A stretch of 64,000 nucleotides of DNA from Candidatus Latescibacterota bacterium (GCA_965219385.1 CBDCNM010000002.1:1358936-1422935); one strand, 5' to 3'; numbered from the stretch's first letter, positions 40,268 to 49,851 are shown. Numbers and translations: made by a program. The notes: generated by a model not told the origin, from the sequence alone.

Positions 40268-41412
40268 TCGCACCGACCCTAACAGTAGACGTGCCGGACT
40301 GGGTTGGTTACCCGGACGAAGACTGGATACAGATCGCGCCGGCGGAGGCCGGTCTCGATGCGCGGAAATTCGCCGCCTGGCTGGACGGTCTCGATGTCAG
40401 GGGAGCCAGCTTTGGCGGCGAAGACCACACCGGCAACCAGTACGGCGCCGTGCTCACGTGCGGCGGCTACCTGGTGCATGCGTGGGGCGACCGGCACTAC
40501 CGTCACCACACGGCCTCGGTCGGCAAGGCGCTGACGTGGGTGGCGCTGGGCTGCGCCGCTGCCGACGGCCTCCTCGACCCGGACGAGCCGATCCACAAGA
40601 CCTGGACCGGCGCCGGGCAGCTGTCGCACGAGCACAAGTACCTGGACCGCGGTCACCACCAGACGCTCACCTGGCGGCACCTGATCGGACGGCGCGATGA
40701 GAGCCTGCACTGGGGCGGGTTCCCGTTCGAAATCGGCATCCGCTGGCAGGAGAAGCGCACCGGCCTCGAAGAGCAGGATGCCGTGCCCGGGGTTGTGGAA
40801 TGGGCCGCGTGGACCGGCGATCCCTTCTACGACTGCTATGCCCACGTCGAGCCCGGCACCGAGGGGATCTACAGCAGCGCTGGCTTCTGGCGGCTGGGCC
40901 AGGCCCTCACCCACGTGTGGGGCCGCGACCTCAAGGACGTAATCCAGGAACGCCTGTTCGACGCCATCGGGATCCCTTACGAGCGCTGGGACTGGCTCGC
41001 CGGTGGAGAGGTGAAAGACCAGAAATACTTCTACCCCGCTATCCCGGACACCTACACCTACCTCGATCCGCCCTACCAGATCGGCGGCAAGGTCGTGCGC
41101 GGCGGCCCGGGTTGGGTCGTCATCAGCGCCTCGGACCTGGCGCGCTTCGGCCACCTCAATGCCACCAGAGGCATCTGGAAGGGGACGCGCGTCATCGACG
41201 ACGCCTGGCTGCGCGGTCACAGCGGGGGCAACAAGAGCGGGGCCAGCGGCGAGTGCGAGCACTTCACGGCGCTGGGCGTGGTGACGACGGTCGGGCTGCC
41301 GGAATACAAGCACGTCGTCGAGACCAGGAGCATCCTCCCCGACGACTTCTTCGTCGGAACGGTAAACATCCCCAAATCCAACCTCAGACGGGCCAGGGGG
41401 CGATGCAATTGA
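40258..41412 (+). CDS. Serine hydrolase (beta-lactamase-like fold)
   Basis: ASVGK (SxxK), YSS, ISASDLARFG, GIWKG.RVI; RBS aggag before MDLIAP. Confidence 0.85.
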   Translation: MDLIAPTLTVDVPDWVGYPDEDWIQIAPAEAGLDARKFAAWLDGLDVRGASFGGEDHTGNQYGAVLTCGGYLVHAWGDRHYRHHTASVGKALTWVALGCAAADGLLDPDEPIHKTWTGAGQLSHEHKYLDRGHHQTLTWRHLIGRRDESLHWGGFPFEIGIRWQEKRTGLEEQDAVPGVVEWAAWTGDPFYDCYAHVEPGTEGIYSSAGFWRLGQALTHVWGRDLKDVIQERLFDAIGIPYERWDWLAGGEVKDQKYFYPAIPDTYTYLDPPYQIGGKVVRGGPGWVVISASDLARFGHLNATRGIWKGTRVIDDAWLRGHSGGNKSGASGECEHFTALGVVTTVGLPEYKHVVETRSILPDDFFVGTVNIPKSNLRRARGRCN

Positions 41413-41532
41413 AAGGCCCGCTCCAATCGAGCCCTTCCTCGCCGGCCATGCGCCCCAGCACGTGGCCCCCGCTCTCGCCCACGTAGAATCAGTACTTCAC
41501 GGAATCGGCGGCCGTGCGGGGGTCGCTGTAGG

Positions 41533-44172
41533 TCATGTGGTTCCGGTTTTTTCCAGCAACTGCTGCCGCACGTCCTTCCCATCGACCATTTTCTCCGCGA
41601 CCATGGACAGGCCCTTACCTGCGCTCGCCTGCTCCCAAAGGGCGCCGATGGTCCGCTTCTCGGCAGTATCGGACCCTTCGGCGATATGCGCGCCTTTGTA
41701 TTCGACGACGAGAAGACGACCGTCGTTTAGCAAGGCGACAAAGTCCGGGTAGAATTTGTCCGTCGCGGTGGGCAGCCAGAACGAGTTTGGATGGCGCGCC
41801 GCGTTGCGAATCCAGTGCTTCACTGCCGCCAGACTGTCGATGACCTGAGCGCATCGCATCTCCTCGCCGTCGTCCGCGCCGTCAAAGGCGGGAACGTGGT
41901 CGGGTCCAAGGAAGTGCTTGCCCGGTTTCCAGCGCCCGCGATAGCGGCGTTGATCCCAGTACATGTTGTCCCGGAAGGTGAAGGCGTGGTCGAACGAGAC
42001 CTGCGTCTTCGCTTCGGGCGCAAAGAGGTACTGCTGATGAACGCTGTTCCGTTCTTTCTGGCGAATGGCCTTGATCTTGTTCTGAATCTTGCTGGCGAGC
42101 AGGAATTTGCAACGCATCAACGCGGAGATGGACATGCCGCGCGCGTTGCTCAGGTGGCCGACGAGGCCGGAAAGCCATTTGAGTAGTTCGCTCTGAACGA
42201 TATCGGGCTGGCGCACCTGCCGGTCGAGCCACAGCACCAAGGCTTCGGGTGTCCAGCCTTCGACGTCTACGTTCAGCGTGAGTTGCTCCTCTTCGCTGGC
42301 GAACTGGTAGGTGACGCGCTTGCCGTCCAGGTCTATTGCAAAGCTGCGCGCCGTCTCGCGGATAGTGAATTCACCTTCGTCCATCTTCGGCGAATAATCG
42401 AGCAGGGACCAGTCGTGGTATTCCATGAACACGTCCGTATCGGCAAATCCCAGCGTGCCCTGGATTTCCGCCATGAGGCGTGGGACGTTGAATTGCTGCC
42501 CTTGTTCGGCAGGGGATATGCGCTCTTTGACTTTGGCGCGGTGTTGGGCAACGGCAGCGGTAAACCCTTTGCGCTCCCGCTCGGACAAGGTTTCATAAAT
42601 CGTCTGCTCTAAGCCGCCATCAACCCGGCCGGCGACCGCGATCTCGACCATCCCTTCAGCCGTTTCGCGCACAAGCAACCCATCGTGCTTCGCCTCTCTA
42701 AGTTCGGACAGGATTTCTGGGGTTGCCGGGGTCGTATATCTGAATACCGGCTCCGGCTTTTCCTGCGGGCCAAACAAGTCGCCCTGAGCGTCGAGCGTGC
42801 GCTGCACCGGCTCGATGTTGTCGCGGGCCTCGTCTTCCTCAAAGCCCATGGCCACCAGCTTGTCGGCCAAGGCGCGCGCCGCCGCGCCAAAAGACGGCTC
42901 GGACAGGAAGGCATAGGCTTTGTTGAGGTCGGCCGTTTGGCGCCGCCTGGCGTAGGGCATGCGCAGCACGCGGCCGAGCAGTTGCTCCACGTCCGTCGCG
43001 CTTTGGATGCGCGATACGGAGCAGAAAAGGTAGGCGAAGGAGCAGTCCCACCCTTCTTTGAGCGCCTCGACCGTAATGACGTATTCGATGGGACAGGTGC
43101 GGTCGAATAAATCAAGGCCGTCGAGTTCGCGTTGGTCGCCGGTGGCGATGGCGATTTTGCCTTCCGGGATTTGCTCAATGTCTATCAGGTGCTCTTTCAG
43201 GGCCGCGACCGTTACTTCTTGGTTTCTCGGCTGTGCCTGGAACAAGACGATGGGACGGATGTAGTCGGCATCGTCCTTGGCGGTCTCTGCAAGCGAAGCA
43301 CAGGTGGCAATGGCCCCGTTCACTGCGTTTTGCCAAGTGTCGTGCTCGGCAAGCATGATGGGCAGTTTGATCATTTCTTCGCGCTTGAGTTCTTGGGCGG
43401 TGACGCTGTGCAGGATGTTCGACTTGCGCTGCGGCGTCGCGGTGAACTCGACGATGGCGCAGGGGTTGACCCGCGCCTGCATTTCCCGCGTCAGGCCGGT
43501 GACGGCGTTGTGCGCCTCATCGACGATCATCAGGGGCTGATGGCGATGCAGCAGGTTGGCGAAGGAGAATTTGACGGTGTTATTGTCCAGCTTTTCCAAG
43601 CCAGACGCAGTATCCCGGACGCCGGAGAAGTGCGGTTCCATCTCCTCGTTGTGGGCGTACACTTTGCGTCCCTCGGTGTTCGACACCCGCAGCGTCTGAA
43701 TCGTGCCGACCACAATGCAGCAGTGGTCGCGCAGGTCGTGCGGTCGGATATGGGTGAAGTCGGCGATGTCGAATACGCGCACCCGGCCGTCGAAGGCATC
43801 GTCTAGCACTTGCCGGTAAGCATGGCGGGTGTTTTTCAGGGCCTCGACCGTCTGCAAGCGGATGGTATTGGTCGGCACCAGCCACAGCACCAGGGGATAG
43901 TCCTTTTCGATCCAGGCATTGCGGGCGATGGAGACGGCATGAGCGGCGAGGATTGTTTTGCCGCCGCCGGTGGGCAGGCGCAGGCAGACGTAGGGAACGT
44001 CCGGCAATTCGTTTAGCGGAGCATAAGATCCGGCATAGCCCCCAAGCCGCCCGGCCTGCTCTGGCTCCCGGGTCATGGCCTCGTAGGCGTTCTTGGGTCC
44101 GGCGATACGCGCCTTCTCAAAGAAGCGGCGCAGGATGGAGAGGGTGTCGGCTTGGTATTGTTTTAGCTGCAT
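41533..44172 (-). CDS. res: Type III restriction endonuclease Res subunit
   Basis: LPTGGGKT, DEAH, TAT, LKEGWD, Q.LGR.LR and C-terminal FYPDF...VEYKG nuclease motif. Confidence 0.93.
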   Translation of the reverse strand: MQLKQYQADTLSILRRFFEKARIAGPKNAYEAMTREPEQAGRLGGYAGSYAPLNELPDVPYVCLRLPTGGGKTILAAHAVSIARNAWIEKDYPLVLWLVPTNTIRLQTVEALKNTRHAYRQVLDDAFDGRVRVFDIADFTHIRPHDLRDHCCIVVGTIQTLRVSNTEGRKVYAHNEEMEPHFSGVRDTASGLEKLDNNTVKFSFANLLHRHQPLMIVDEAHNAVTGLTREMQARVNPCAIVEFTATPQRKSNILHSVTAQELKREEMIKLPIMLAEHDTWQNAVNGAIATCASLAETAKDDADYIRPIVLFQAQPRNQEVTVAALKEHLIDIEQIPEGKIAIATGDQRELDGLDLFDRTCPIEYVITVEALKEGWDCSFAYLFCSVSRIQSATDVEQLLGRVLRMPYARRRQTADLNKAYAFLSEPSFGAAARALADKLVAMGFEEDEARDNIEPVQRTLDAQGDLFGPQEKPEPVFRYTTPATPEILSELREAKHDGLLVRETAEGMVEIAVAGRVDGGLEQTIYETLSERERKGFTAAVAQHRAKVKERISPAEQGQQFNVPRLMAEIQGTLGFADTDVFMEYHDWSLLDYSPKMDEGEFTIRETARSFAIDLDGKRVTYQFASEEEQLTLNVDVEGWTPEALVLWLDRQVRQPDIVQSELLKWLSGLVGHLSNARGMSISALMRCKFLLASKIQNKIKAIRQKERNSVHQQYLFAPEAKTQVSFDHAFTFRDNMYWDQRRYRGRWKPGKHFLGPDHVPAFDGADDGEEMRCAQVIDSLAAVKHWIRNAARHPNSFWLPTATDKFYPDFVALLNDGRLLVVEYKGAHIAEGSDTAEKRTIGALWEQASAGKGLSMVAEKMVDGKDVRQQLLEKTGTT

Positions 44173-44715
44173 CTATGGCACGGGCGAGTCTGAAAGCATG
44201 GCGTTTTCTTCGAGGCCGAGGTCGCGCAGAAGACCCTTAGCTTTCTCGATAAGCCCGTCCGTCGCTTTGAGAGGTTTGCGCATTTTTAACTCTTCGATGG
44301 TCCGCTCGCCGTAACCTTTTTCCAGATAGACGATGGTGGCGGCAAGCTCCAAAACGATGTCCGAAACATCTGCCATCTTCTGTAGTCGTTCACGAGCATC
44401 GGCAGCCGGCAGATTACCTAGGCTGTCTGGTAGACTGTCCGGGTCGCCACCAGACTCTTTCAGCTTGAAGATCGAATAAGGGACACCGTACCGGCCGAGC
44501 TCCTCCTCGATTTCAATTCGACCTTCGGCCCGTGCGTCCTCCCATCCATCGGCAAGCTCGAAGGAGTAAGGGCCGTAATGGTGATAGGTAAACGGCAGAC
44601 TGAACGCTGCTCCGCAGCGATCCAGAAGGTAGGCCTCCTTCTGCAGCCGCGTCCGGCCGACCAGTTCGCTACCGTTCAGTTTAATCAAATTGACTACGAC
44701 GTCTTCTGCCTTCAT
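44173..44715 (-). CDS. YwgA-like protein
   Basis: GRTRLQK.AYLL...F.YHHYGPYS.EL and LELAATI.YL. Confidence 0.75.
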   Translation of the reverse strand: MKAEDVVVNLIKLNGSELVGRTRLQKEAYLLDRCGAAFSLPFTYHHYGPYSFELADGWEDARAEGRIEIEEELGRYGVPYSIFKLKESGGDPDSLPDSLGNLPAADARERLQKMADVSDIVLELAATIVYLEKGYGERTIEELKMRKPLKATDGLIEKAKGLLRDLGLEENAMLSDSPVP

Positions 44716-44728
44716 TTATTGACCTCCT

Positions 44729-45508
44729 TCATAATTTGTTCATAATTTGACTAATTTCTTCTATTTGGCTCTGATCCGGTGCGTACACTCTCTGAATACG
44801 CTCCGCGTCACGAAGCGCAGGAACGATACGCGACACATTGGCAATGTCCTTCGGTTCTTGATCCTCGGCGCGTGTTTTCACCAGAATTTTGTTGAGTGCC
44901 GAGGAATCCTCAAAACTGTACCATTTGTAGAGCGTGACCGGCGCTTCGTCGAATAAGAGGCTGCCATATCCAGGGTAATGATCACTCAATTCTCGCCGGA
45001 AGCGGGAGTACAGGTTGCTTTGTACCTCGCTCTGGGTCTGGATACCGACATCTAAGCACTTGTAAAGACGGCGGTTGCGCAGGCGGCTTGCCAACTCAGA
45101 AACCTTAGTATGCGATGAAGAAGCAAGAGCCGCCAAGGTGGCCCAAACCGCGGCATCGTCGAGATCGAGGTACGAACCAAGCAACGGCCTTTCAGACGTA
45201 AAATATCGCAAAATTGGCTCCCGCCGCGCCAGTTCGTCGTCTCTCAAATCCTCCGTGACGGTCCTCAGCAGAGCGTCGAACATCTTCTCGGCAGCCCTCG
45301 TAGTCTTGTGCATATAGACCGCTTTGTAGAGACGAAAACGGGCCTCCAGATACTCCTCCGCCACCTGCACACCCTTGAGGAACTCGGATGTATTGAGCAA
45401 ACACCAGGCGATTTGGTCCGTCTCGTTTTGGGCTTTGTCGTTTCCATCCCCGAACACGATAAGCCCGTGGACCGGATCGCGGATGCGCCATGTTTCTCTA
45501 TCGTTCAT
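44729..45508 (-). CDS. HD-domain dNTPase-like (YwfO/SAMHD1-type) protein lacking its catalytic core
   Basis: IRDPVHG...LLNTSEF is joined directly to the HD-associated segment EEYLEARFRLYKAVYMHKTTRAAE...LDD...RLRNRRLYK. QRLR..QLG, RF.HS.G, HD.GH and D.D motifs are absent. Confidence 0.8.
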   Translation of the reverse strand: MNDRETWRIRDPVHGLIVFGDGNDKAQNETDQIAWCLLNTSEFLKGVQVAEEYLEARFRLYKAVYMHKTTRAAEKMFDALLRTVTEDLRDDELARREPILRYFTSERPLLGSYLDLDDAAVWATLAALASSSHTKVSELASRLRNRRLYKCLDVGIQTQSEVQSNLYSRFRRELSDHYPGYGSLLFDEAPVTLYKWYSFEDSSALNKILVKTRAEDQEPKDIANVSRIVPALRDAERIQRVYAPDQSQIEEISQIMNKL

Positions 45509-45587
45509 GCAGTCCCCTATTGAATGCTCTCATATACTCGACAGCGTGGTAATGATTATCAACCATGCCTTGGCGCATGAACCTCGC

Positions 45588-47123
45588 TTAGGTCCTCATC
45601 TTCACGTCGTAGGGTGTCTGCTTGAAGACGATGCCCTGCTGAGCGAGCGTCGCCGGCGTCAAGCGCGACTGCTCGCCATAAACCATCAGCGGCCCGGCGA
45701 AATTGGCATCCTTGCGCGCAATCTCTCCCCGAATCACAGCGAGGGTCGCACGGGTCAAGACATTGCCGCCGCCCGGTTGCTTGTCGCCGAGAATGCCGTT
45801 ATACAGCAGTGCATAAGCGCGACCGTCGTCCAGACCGAGAAAGGGCGAAGCGCCGTTGCCGCGCCACGGACGTCCGGTCTCGCTGAAATAGACGTGGGCG
45901 GCGAGCACGGGAAAGCGAATGTCTGAGCGGATATGCCCTTCCTCGTCGAACACGGGCGGGCCGAGGCGGTAGAAGCGAAACCCGCCGCCGCCCTGCCAGC
46001 TGACGCTTTTGGAGATGCCGCCTTGTTCTCCGCTGATGACTTTGTTCAGACGAGGGACGCAATGGCTGACGGCGTGCTCGCCCATTTCAATGCCGATATA
46101 CCGCCGGCCCATCTTGTGCGCGACGGCGGCGGTGGTGCCGGAGCCGAGGAAGGAATCGAGGACGAGGTCGCCGGGGTTGGTGGCGATGTGGAGGATGCGT
46201 TGAAGGAGGCGTTCGGGTTTTGGAGTGTCGAAAGCATTCGATGCTCCAAACAGAGCATTTACTTCTTTCTTGGCTTCCTGATTATGACCGACTTCCCTGT
46301 TAGTCCACCAACTCCAGGATTTTACTCCTTCTGCCTCCGATAGATAGTTTTTCACGCGCGGTCGAGATCTGCCATCCTTCCCAAACCATATTCGCCCCTG
46401 ATTACGCAGACGACTAAAGTTCTCTTCAACATTAGCCCAGCATCGGCCCTCTGGTGGAAAATAGCGAACGCCAGCCGGAGTTACGACTTCATACATCTGA
46501 TTTGGTCGATAACCTTGGGCGGTGAAATCCGTAGAAACCCACGGTCCGCGTAAGTCGTCATCAGGGTTCTTGTACGAACTGCGCTGCTCCTCTGTTAGTG
46601 GCAGATTGTTCAAGCTGCCTCTTGTCGTCTGACTGCCATAAACAAAGATATGGTCATGAGCGTCACCCATATTTATCCGTCCGTCAGGCGACGTTCTCTT
46701 TTGCCAAAGGCAGTTGACAATGAAATTTCTTCGACCATAGATTTCGTCCGCAATGATCTTGAGGTAGTGTCCCTCGTCGTCATCAATGTTGATCCAGATT
46801 GATCCTTCATCCGCCAGGAACTCTCTCAATATTTCGAGGCGCGGCCATATTATTGCCAGCCACTTGCTGTGTTCGAGATTGTCGTCGTAGTGCTCGAAAG
46901 CCGAGCGCGTGTTATACGGCGGGTCAATGTAGATGCACTTCACTTGGCCGGCATAGAACGGCAGCAGTGCCTTCAGTGCTTCCAGATTGTCGCCTTGAAT
47001 GAGCATGTTGCCGGCGTCTGGGTCGCCGGTGGAAAGGCCGGGGGCTTCTTCCAGCAGGCGATAGGGGACGCGGGCGGCGGCGTGGATGTCGGCGTCTCTC
47101 GTCAGCCAGTGCAGGGTGGGCAT
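45588..47123 (-). CDS. mod: Type III R-M DNA methyltransferase Mod subunit
   Basis: IQGDNLEALK, IYIDPPYNT, TPKPERLL, LDSFLGSGTT; AT-richer central target-recognition region. Confidence 0.95.
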   Translation of the reverse strand: MPTLHWLTRDADIHAAARVPYRLLEEAPGLSTGDPDAGNMLIQGDNLEALKALLPFYAGQVKCIYIDPPYNTRSAFEHYDDNLEHSKWLAIIWPRLEILREFLADEGSIWINIDDDEGHYLKIIADEIYGRRNFIVNCLWQKRTSPDGRINMGDAHDHIFVYGSQTTRGSLNNLPLTEEQRSSYKNPDDDLRGPWVSTDFTAQGYRPNQMYEVVTPAGVRYFPPEGRCWANVEENFSRLRNQGRIWFGKDGRSRPRVKNYLSEAEGVKSWSWWTNREVGHNQEAKKEVNALFGASNAFDTPKPERLLQRILHIATNPGDLVLDSFLGSGTTAAVAHKMGRRYIGIEMGEHAVSHCVPRLNKVISGEQGGISKSVSWQGGGGFRFYRLGPPVFDEEGHIRSDIRFPVLAAHVYFSETGRPWRGNGASPFLGLDDGRAYALLYNGILGDKQPGGGNVLTRATLAVIRGEIARKDANFAGPLMVYGEQSRLTPATLAQQGIVFKQTPYDVKMRT

Positions 47124-48487
47124 TAGCTATCGTCCTCCGGAACTTCTGACATGGCTTTCTCGTATTCTGCGATCCATTCTTCGGCGTCTTCTTTGGTGTA
47201 GGATCCGGTAATGGCACCGCTGTCCTCCGGTAGTTGATTGCTTATCGGCTTGCCAATGTGGGGTTTCAGTTTCTCTCGCAACTGATTCGCTTTTCCATCA
47301 GGCAAATCTTTTACGAGGGTTTCTACTTTATCCCGGCTCAATCCACCTGCGAAAATTGCCCTGGACAGATTGCTTTCTTTTTCAATCTGTGTCTTGATAC
47401 GATCTTCAAAGGACATAGGAGAAGTCTCCTCTACACTTTCAGCTCCTTGTAGTTCTGCCAAGCTGAGATTGGCTCCTTGCAGTTGAGCTTCGTTGAAATT
47501 TGCTCCTTGCATGTGCGTCATAAAAAGATCGACTCCTTGCAGTTGAGCCCCCCTGAGACTAGCCCCTTGTAAGTAAGGCATAAAAAAACTGGCCCCATGC
47601 AAGCATGCCATTGCAAGATTTGCCCCTTGCAAGTATGCTCTGTCAAGATTAACCCCTTGTAGGTGTGCTCCGGTCAGATTGGCTCCTTCCAGGTGCGTCA
47701 TAAAAAGATCAGCCTCTTCAAGATGTGCTATAAAAAGATTAGTCCTCTCCAGATGTGCTTTTCTAAGCGTAGCCTCTTGCAGGTGTGCTTTGTCAAGTAT
47801 AGCCTCTTGCAGATGTGATTCGGTCAGTCTGGCCTTTGCTAAACGCGCTTCCTTGAGGTCAGCTCCGTTCAGCCAACTTCCCTGCAAGTTGACATTGAGA
47901 CCTTCGAAAACCTCGTACTCCTGTACGAACAACAAGGTCAACAGGCTTTGGACTTCCTCAGAGGGTTTCGACTTATGCGTTTCCCGATACTCGTCCTTGC
48001 CCGTCGTCTGGCGAATATGAGCGCAGAGAATATCGAGCACCGTCTGGCGCAACTCTTTGGTGTCTTTTGCCAGATGGAAGAGTTCGTAGGCCCCGCCTAG
48101 GCGCACGGAGTCCGAGTCGTTCCCCAGGTGTTCAATGGCGTTTTTCAGGCGATCCTGCCGCTGACCCTCCTCGGTTTTCGATACAGCATCGGCCTGCGCT
48201 TTCGCGGCGTCGGCTTGCGCTTCCGAGGTCTTCTCCATCGCCTTGGCGCGCTTGTAGGACATCAGGGCTTGCAGGGCGACCAGCACGCCGCCCATGCCGA
48301 TGCCCAGAAATTTCAGAGCCTCGTATTTTGGTTTCTCTCCAGATACCCCTAAAAGGTTGAAAATCCACTCGGGACAGTCGGAGAACATGACAACCACAAA
48401 AACTACCACCAAGACGATGAGCAGGACGATGAGAACGACTTGAAAGATCGAAAAAAGATTCTTTCTGATTTTAGAAAAGAGTTTCAT
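47123..48487 (-). CDS. Membrane-anchored pentapeptide repeat protein
   Basis: Two N-terminal TM helices, AIEHLG....VRLGG.Y.L, ILCAHIR and many A.L..A.L repeats; stop overlaps the mod start (TAATG). Confidence 0.9.
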   Translation of the reverse strand: MKLFSKIRKNLFSIFQVVLIVLLIVLVVVFVVVMFSDCPEWIFNLLGVSGEKPKYEALKFLGIGMGGVLVALQALMSYKRAKAMEKTSEAQADAAKAQADAVSKTEEGQRQDRLKNAIEHLGNDSDSVRLGGAYELFHLAKDTKELRQTVLDILCAHIRQTTGKDEYRETHKSKPSEEVQSLLTLLFVQEYEVFEGLNVNLQGSWLNGADLKEARLAKARLTESHLQEAILDKAHLQEATLRKAHLERTNLFIAHLEEADLFMTHLEGANLTGAHLQGVNLDRAYLQGANLAMACLHGASFFMPYLQGASLRGAQLQGVDLFMTHMQGANFNEAQLQGANLSLAELQGAESVEETSPMSFEDRIKTQIEKESNLSRAIFAGGLSRDKVETLVKDLPDGKANQLREKLKPHIGKPISNQLPEDSGAITGSYTKEDAEEWIAEYEKAMSEVPEDDS

Positions 48488-48514
48488 CGCGGATTTTCGG
48501 AGGGCGGAAAGTCG

Positions 48515-48725
48515 GTCCCCATCTCCAGATCTTGATCGGCCTTCTCGAACCAGTCCCGTTCAGACGACACGTCGCTCATACGGCACTTTCCCCCTCTTCC
48601 AGCACTTTGTGAATCAAGGAATACGGGCCATTGCGCTGCTCGGCGAGGACTTCTGGAGAGCGGATGACCACACCAACGGGCAGGACAAAACGCTCGGCAA
48701 TCGCCCGACGAATCGGATTGGCCGT
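48515..48725 (-). pseudogene. MNT-HEPN toxin-antitoxin remnant
   Basis: ...VVIRSPEVLAEQRNGPYSLIHKVLEEGKVPYERRVV* (MNT C-terminus, stop at 48560) overlapping MSDVSSERDWFEKADQDLE (HEPN N-terminus, ATG at 48579); both truncated. Confidence 0.65.
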
Positions 48726-48742
48726 CCGCTGCCATGCCGTCG

Positions 48743-48922
48743 TTAGAGGATTGGTTTGACTGGAGGAGAAAGAACATTCCTGCCGCTTTTTTCCTGTCTC
48801 TGCCTCGCATCTTTCAGGATGCGATCAAGGTCGAAATCCATAGATTTTGCCAAGGCTTCTTTGATCCTTCTTGTCTCCAGGATAATCTCATCCGTGGTTT
48901 CTTTGTCGTTCATTGGTTTCAT
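48743..48922 (-). CDS. Small protein downstream of PIN-domain gene
   Basis: Not in the track. Manual translation: MKPMNDKETTDEIILETRRIKEALAKSMDFDLDRILKDARQRQEKSGRNVLSPPVKPIL. Confidence 0.65.
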   Translation of the reverse strand: MKPMNDKETTDEIILETRRIKEALAKSMDFDLDRILKDARQRQEKSGRNVLSPPVKPIL

Positions 48923-48927
48923 CGCAA

Positions 48928-49134
48928 TCAGTCTCCAAGTAGTTCTTCGGGTGTACAGAGGATCGGAAGTTCATAGCCACAATCTGCCACGATTGTGCGG
49001 AATTCCTTCATGATTGCCGCATTGGCAATATGTCGGCAATTCCAAGTCAATAGAATATCGATGCCGTGAACCGATGAGACGGCAATATGGATGGCGTCAC
49101 GTGCTGCTCTCTGCGGCAGCATTCCTGAAATAAG
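48928..49134 (-). pseudogene. PIN-domain (VapC-like) 3' fragment
   Basis: DAIHIAVS....DILLTWNCRHIANA...ILCTPEEL; N-terminal half missing. Confidence 0.8.
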
Positions 49135-49295
49135 GAGCGGCGTACTCTCGTGCAAGGTGGACAGATGAAAGCGGAACGCAGCCATTCGCTGCGACCCTGG
49201 ATTAAGTCGTCTCAAGTGTCCGCGACAAGCTGCTGAGCCTGTTGGTCGAGCCCCTTATGGCGCTCTGAATTGCGTCGACTTCGCGCTCCTCGAAG
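49128..49295. repeat. Degenerate direct repeat of 49871..50057 (YgiT 3' end plus attC-like tail)
   Basis: gacagatgaaa.cggaacgcagccattcgctgc.accctgg.ttaagtcgtctcaagtgtccgc...ctcctcgaag occurs twice. Confidence 0.9.
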
Positions 49296-49370
49296 CTTTC
49301 TTAGCTGCATTGGTAGTGATTCATCGATCAGCAGTCTCATTAGTTCGAGGGAATTTTCAGCCATAAAGAC

Positions 49371-49625
49371 TCAAGTAACAGACCGATCATAGATTCCAAT
49401 AAGTAAGTTGGGAACGCTGATGTCTTCATCTATTTCATCCCAATGAAGACCCGTACCACCACCACTAAGCTCATAATTTTCCCTTTGTTGTTCTGTAGCT
49501 TTATGCAGCCGAGGGAAATAGACAAGGGGAACCGATAATTGCCGACCATCGGAAAGATTCAGCCACATGTTATCTTTATCGAACCAAATTTTAGAAGCTC
49601 GCGCTTCAAAGGTTAAAGTACTCAT
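49371..49625 (-). CDS. DUF2442 family protein
   Basis: LSDGRQLSVPL.YFPRL..AT..QR...GLHWDEIDEDISV. Confidence 0.92.
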   Translation of the reverse strand: MSTLTFEARASKIWFDKDNMWLNLSDGRQLSVPLVYFPRLHKATEQQRENYELSGGGTGLHWDEIDEDISVPNLLIGIYDRSVT

Positions 49626-49851
49626 TCCAGCACTCCTCAATTAAGGGCTTGATTTCATGCACTCTCGCTTCCAAGCGATTCAACTCTTTGGCGGCCATCC
49701 CCCAAGAAGAAGCTAAGGCCACATCAGGTACAATCCAGAATTTAGCGACATTACTACCTTTACGGATATGGATGTGACAGGGCTCAAGAGGGTCTCCTTC
49801 ATTAGAAAAGAAAAAGAACCTATAGCCTCTCCATTCAAAGATTTTAGGCAT
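49606..49851 (-). CDS. DUF4160 family protein
   Basis: GYRFFFFSNE...EP.HIH.....AKFW. Confidence 0.92.
   Translation of the reverse strand: MPKIFEWRGYRFFFFSNEGDPLEPCHIHIRKGSNVAKFWIVPDVALASSWGMAAKELNRLEARVHEIKPLIEECWNEYFNL

Noticed and set aside
45588..47123. Phase-variable mod (phasevarion)
   Set aside because: No simple sequence repeat tract seen in or before the gene.
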